A DNA stretch of 64,000 bases from NCBI GenBank assembly GCA_039199695.1, contig JBCCST010000010.1, positions 16,635 to 80,634 of the forward strand, given 5' to 3'. This stretch comes from Planctomycetota bacterium (GTDB taxonomy: Bacteria; Planctomycetota; Phycisphaerae; Phycisphaerales; Phycisphaeraceae). This document shows, in pieces, positions 59,982-64,000 of this stretch (position 1 is the stretch's first letter; each line of letters begins with the position of its first letter). The translations under genes were made by a program, and so were the position numbers. The notes beneath the pieces were generated by a model. The model saw only the letters and a program-made list of their open reading frames with translations, had not been told where the DNA came from and did no database searches.

Positions 59982-61331
59982 TTAGTTCAGTTGGTCGCCG
60001 TAGGTCCGCAGCGCTTGGGCGAGGCTTTGCGTGGCTTGTCCGATGGGGTCTTCGCCGATCATGGTTTCGGATTGGGCCAAGCCGTCGCTGATCACGTCGC
60101 GGGCCTGGTCGGTCAGGGCACCGGCTTGCTGGGCAAAGCCGTCCGCTTGGGAGCGCAGGCTGGAGGCCGCCGGGCTCTGGCTGATGACCGGGTTTTCGAG
60201 CACCGCCGCCAGCATCGCGCCGAAGTCGGCGGCGTAGTTGGCGTGGCGACTCAGCACGCCGGCCAGTTCAGTCTTCGCGCCGACCTGTCCGAAACGCAGC
60301 GTCACTTTGTCGGCCGCGTCGGCGAGGCCGATGGCGGTTTCCAGTTCAGACACCGCAAGATTCATATCGGCGGTCGCGGCTTCCATTGGAGCCTGAACGC
60401 CATCGTTGTAAGCCGCCACCAATTTACTGATTTCGGCTTCGAGATCGTTGAACGCAATGGTTTGCTTGCTCCCCGCAGCCGCCACGTCACGAGCCGCCAG
60501 CGTTCCCTCGGTTTCGACTTTTTGCTTGAGGTCGGCGATTTCTTCCGACATCTGGTCCCAGAGACCGATCTCCCGCTGCAGCGCCGCGATCTGCTCGGCC
60601 GCCAGCTGCGCTTCGATTTCCTGCTCCTGAGCTTTGCGTTGGGCTTCCTGAGCATCGAGCTGGGCCGAGTAGGCCTTGGTGTAGACGTCCTGCTTGACCT
60701 CGTCGTTCGGGGCGACGAGCGACTGCTCTTCAAACTCCTGGGCCCGCGTGAGGTGGCTGGCCGCTTGGCTGTTGAGCGACTCGGCTTTGTTGGCGGCGCC
60801 TTCACGCAGCACCGACAACTCGGAGATGCCCGCGTTCGCGGCGGCTTTGCTCTGGCTGATCATGCCCTGGCCTTCTTCGAGGGCCGCGATAATAGCTTCG
60901 CTGTCGCCGCCGCGGGCGACGATCAGGGCGTTGATGCGTTGGGCCGTGGCGATTTGGTTGAACAGTCCGACGCTGGTCTGGTTGATCTGCGTAAAACCCG
61001 CGGCGGCCTGCTCGGCCGAGGTTCGGCCCTGCGAGGACTTGACGCCCGACAGCAGGCGATGGGCCCCGGTTTTGGACAGGCGATCGGTATCCAACGCGAT
61101 GACGGCTTTGAGTTTTGACTCGGCATCGCTCAGCCGTTGCGTGCGGAACTCGGTGTAGCTGCCCGCCGAGTCGTCGCTCAGAAAGCCCTGCTCGGCCTCG
61201 TCGAGGACCGCGATCGCTTCGTCGAGTGCGGCGCGGGCTTTGGCGGTCTGGGCCAGTTGATCGTCGCAGCCAATCATCACCCCGGTGAGCGAAATCGATC
61301 CGGCCAGCATCAAAGTTTGGAGTCGGGTCAC
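59982..61331 (-). CDS. Hypothetical long coiled-coil lipoprotein
   Basis: Lipobox-like VMIGC followed by about 420 aa of Ala/Gln/Glu-rich helix. GTG start inferred. Confidence 0.65.
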   Translation of the reverse strand: MTRLQTLMLAGSISLTGVMIGCDDQLAQTAKARAALDEAIAVLDEAEQGFLSDDSAGSYTEFRTQRLSDAESKLKAVIALDTDRLSKTGAHRLLSGVKSSQGRTSAEQAAAGFTQINQTSVGLFNQIATAQRINALIVARGGDSEAIIAALEEGQGMISQSKAAANAGISELSVLREGAANKAESLNSQAASHLTRAQEFEEQSLVAPNDEVKQDVYTKAYSAQLDAQEAQRKAQEQEIEAQLAAEQIAALQREIGLWDQMSEEIADLKQKVETEGTLAARDVAAAGSKQTIAFNDLEAEISKLVAAYNDGVQAPMEAATADMNLAVSELETAIGLADAADKVTLRFGQVGAKTELAGVLSRHANYAADFGAMLAAVLENPVISQSPAASSLRSQADGFAQQAGALTDQARDVISDGLAQSETMIGEDPIGQATQSLAQALRTYGDQLN

Positions 61332-61499
61332 GCGGCAAGCCTTTCGGTACAAAACGGAAAAATCCAGACGCAAGGAGGTTAACCCTTGGGACCTCATAAG
61401 ATAACGCAAGAGGCGTCCGGGCAACACCCCTGCCCGGCCATTGCCGCCGAATCCGCCGGAATAACGCCTTGAATCGACACGGAACGCAGGAATATCGGG

Positions 61500-62735
61500 T
61501 CAAGCCGGTTTTGGCTGACCCTTGCCGACCGCCGATGAAGGCTGAGCTTCCGGCGTTTCGGGCAGCGGTTCGGGGTTGAGGCCGTAGTCCAGGTCGTCCT
61601 GAAAAAGGCTCTCGATCCACGCGACGTATCGCTGGAAATCGGAATCGTCGGTCGAGCGGAACATGGGCCGCCAGCCCTCGATCTCCGGGGCGGGGAACCG
61701 GGCCGACTCGCGGACCAGCCCCCACTGCAGCAGCAGCGAAAACTCGGGGTTGGCCCGATTGATCATCGGGTTCCCCTCGTGGCGGAACTGGGTGAGTCGG
61801 TAGAAATTGGTGTAGGCCTCGGCCTCGCTGGTGGGGCGTTTGTTGAACAAGGACAGGCCGGGGATCGCCCCGTGGCCGAAGGTCGGTGCGAAGTATCCGG
61901 CGACGTACTGGGGGTTGACGCCGCGGCGGAATTTGGCGAGCGCGGCCGGCTCCTGCCGGACATCGACCTGGTCGTAAAAGTCGCGGGCCTGGATGCGGAA
62001 CAGCAGATCGAGTTGTTGGTAGCCTTCAAGCCGTTTGATCGACACGCGATCACGTCGATCCGGCGGAACCAGGCGGTGGTCTTTGTACTTCTCGAAAAAC
62101 GAATCCATCGTCTCGTCCTCAATCTCAACCCGGGGCTTGGTGTCGAGATCGATCTCGTAGACCTTGATGAGGTTGATCTGGGCCGGCGAGAGAAAGGGGT
62201 CGTCCTCGGTGGCGCCGCGTCGTTCGAGACGCCTCGGGTCGTCGGGGTCCGGCGCAGTGGCTTCGCCCTCGGTTTCCTCCAGGCGGAGCTTGGCGTCGAC
62301 CACGGCGCTTTGTTCGAGCACCGCGGGATGCTCGGGGAAGTCTTGTTCGAGTTCGGTGAGTTCGAATTTGGCCCAGGCCAACGCGTCGAGTTCGAGCATC
62401 TCGCGGGCCAGATCGAGTCGGCCCGCCAGGTCGCGGTCCGAGAGGGCCCGTCGTTTCTTGCGGTAGATTTCCTCGGGGGTGTCCAGCAGCCGAAACTGGA
62501 CGATATCCTCCTGCTTGAAACTGGCGTTAATGCCTTCGACGCTCAGCACCACTTCTTCGTCGCTCTGCCGAACCAGCTCGCCGCGGACCACGTTTCCGTC
62601 TTTCGTTTGCACCACCGCACGCCGGGTTTCCGCCGAAGCGTTCGTCGCCCCCCAGAACACCAAAACACCCACAACGCCAAGCAACAACGGTCGATTGCCG
62701 CGAAAGACACGGCCGTAAATCGAAGGGGCAGGCAT
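61500..62735 (-). CDS. Hypothetical secreted protein with a small N-terminal beta domain, a helical linker and a possible heme-less planctomycete cytochrome-like domain
   Basis: Signal peptide, VQTKDGNVVRGEL and a C-terminal region ..FAPTFGHG..TNFYRL..INRANPEFSLLL. Confidence 0.6.
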   Translation of the reverse strand: MPAPSIYGRVFRGNRPLLLGVVGVLVFWGATNASAETRRAVVQTKDGNVVRGELVRQSDEEVVLSVEGINASFKQEDIVQFRLLDTPEEIYRKKRRALSDRDLAGRLDLAREMLELDALAWAKFELTELEQDFPEHPAVLEQSAVVDAKLRLEETEGEATAPDPDDPRRLERRGATEDDPFLSPAQINLIKVYEIDLDTKPRVEIEDETMDSFFEKYKDHRLVPPDRRDRVSIKRLEGYQQLDLLFRIQARDFYDQVDVRQEPAALAKFRRGVNPQYVAGYFAPTFGHGAIPGLSLFNKRPTSEAEAYTNFYRLTQFRHEGNPMINRANPEFSLLLQWGLVRESARFPAPEIEGWRPMFRSTDDSDFQRYVAWIESLFQDDLDYGLNPEPLPETPEAQPSSAVGKGQPKPA

Positions 62736-62960
62736 ATGAAACTCCTGGCGACGAGACGAAAACTCAATGTCGGGTCGAACAACCGGCCGCGTGGGATACC
62801 TCAATCATAGGTGTAGGTGCCATCGGCGAAAAGCAAAACTTAAGTCCCCGCTCTTACCAACGAGTTTGGACCCAGCGATGCACTTCTTGGGATTGGAGGC
62901 GGAGGACGATAAAACCAGCCGATCGTGAACCCGCGTTTTACTCGGCCCGACCACGTCGAC

Positions 62961-63356
62961 TCAGTCTCCGCTGAGCAGGTCCTCGGCCAACGTGATCAGC
63001 CGTTCGAGCCGGACAGGTTTAAGCAGATACCCATCCACCTGAAGGTTCTCGGCGTACTGCTGGTGGCGTTTGCCCTCGTTGGCGGTGACCATGATCACGC
63101 GGGGCGAGGTGGTGAATTTCTTGACCTTCTCGAGCACGAGGAAGCCCGACCGCTTCGGCAGCATCATGTCCAGCACCACGAGGTCCGGCGGATCGCCTTC
63201 ACAGATACGAACGGCCGAGTTACCGTCGCCGCAGATCTGGGTTAAAGCACCCTCGGCCTGGAGCGCGTGGTCGATCGCGGCGCGGATTTCCGGGTCGTCG
63301 TCGACCACGAGGATTTTCTTGTCTTTCAGGCGGAGCGGTTCGTCTTGATCAACCAT
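62961..63356 (-). CDS. Single-domain response regulator (receiver)
   Basis: ILVVDDD, PDLVVLDMMLP (phospho-Asp), IMVTA and YLLKP. Confidence 0.92.
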   Translation of the reverse strand: MVDQDEPLRLKDKKILVVDDDPEIRAAIDHALQAEGALTQICGDGNSAVRICEGDPPDLVVLDMMLPKRSGFLVLEKVKKFTTSPRVIMVTANEGKRHQQYAENLQVDGYLLKPVRLERLITLAEDLLSGD

Positions 63357-63599
63357 GGGAGCGTTTTTCCGTGGGTGTGTCGTCACACCCAATAAGGTCA
63401 AATGGGGAAGATAAATCAGCCGTACACGGGGCGGGGCTTGAAGCGGTTTCAAGCGAACGCACGGCGTTAAATCGCTGCAAGTTCGCGTCGGTCGCTTGGG
63501 TGCAGCATACCAAGCCGGACGGGGGATTATGGCCAGCCGCTGCCGCCGGTCAAGCCGAGGGGGCCAAATTCAGGACTAACCTGTATTTGAGCACTTGGC

Positions 63600-64000
63600 T
63601 CACGCGGTGTAGAGCGGGGGCGGGTTCTCCAGTTGGCGCATCAGGTCGTCGGTCATCCAGGGGAGGCCTTCGAGGTTGCGCCGCAGGGCTTTGGGGATCG
63701 GCTTGCCGTTTTTTTCGTGTCGAGGCCGACTCTTCCAGCGGCGGTGGCTCCACAGAAACTGGTCCGGCCGATCGCGAACCATCGTCTCAAACGCCCGGCA
63801 ATACCGGGCGGTGACGTAGTACAACGGGTCGGGCTGGGCTTCCCATTCTTCGGGACGAATGATGTCGGTGATGCCCATCTCGAAACGGAAATCCTGAGCG
63901 ATCCGGTGGGCGTAGCCGCAGACCACCGGGGCGCGGTGCTTCATGGCGAGCAAAGCGATGGATTTATAGGTGCTCGCCAGCCGGCCGAAAAACGGAACAA
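63600..64000 (-). CDS. LpxL/HtrB-like lipid A or lysophospholipid acyltransferase; 5' part outside the window
   Basis: FVPFFGRLAST..ALLA and FETMVRDRPDQFLWSHRRWKSRP. Confidence 0.85.
   Translation of the reverse strand, partial: VPFFGRLASTYKSIALLAMKHRAPVVCGYAHRIAQDFRFEMGITDIIRPEEWEAQPDPLYYVTARYCRAFETMVRDRPDQFLWSHRRWKSRPRHEKNGKPIPKALRRNLEGLPWMTDDLMRQLENPPPLYTA

Overview
High-GC bacterial chromosomal segment, most likely from a planctomycete of class Phycisphaerae. This is inferred from the PEP-CTERM and dockerin-like proteins, prepilin-type H-X9-DG proteins, SMUG1-type glycosylase, scattered his/trp genes and a gyrA without adjacent gyrB. Housekeeping genes are trpB, trpC, hisB, hisC, hisH, gap, xseA, xseB, radA, prfA, rpmE2, ettA, ychF, gyrA, tRNA-Gly and tRNA-Pro. 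Notable accessory content: (1) a compact, partly translationally coupled operon of three WXG100-like helical proteins and a membrane-anchored three-domain FtsK/SpoIIIE ATPase (49.4-54.6 kb). It looks like a minimal type VII-like system in a diderm, and a low-GC FRG-domain gene follows it. (2) A Tad/Flp pilus locus (2.4-13.1 kb) with two CpaF ATPases (one FHA-fused), atypical pilins, a transmembrane Ser/Thr kinase-TPR protein and an FHA-TM protein. It has no secretin and is divergent from a secreted NlpC/P60-like hydrolase. (3) A locus encoding a PEP-CTERM protein, a prepilin-like protein, a MauG-like di-heme enzyme and a Cys-less rhodanese. (4) A tandemly duplicated cassette of a prepilin-like gene plus a partner gene. 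(5) Three ~100-bp intergenic inverted-repeat elements built from 7-nt units, each with a different heptamer. No integrase, transposase, CRISPR array or rRNA was found. Homology calls come from motif recognition only; no database searches were run.
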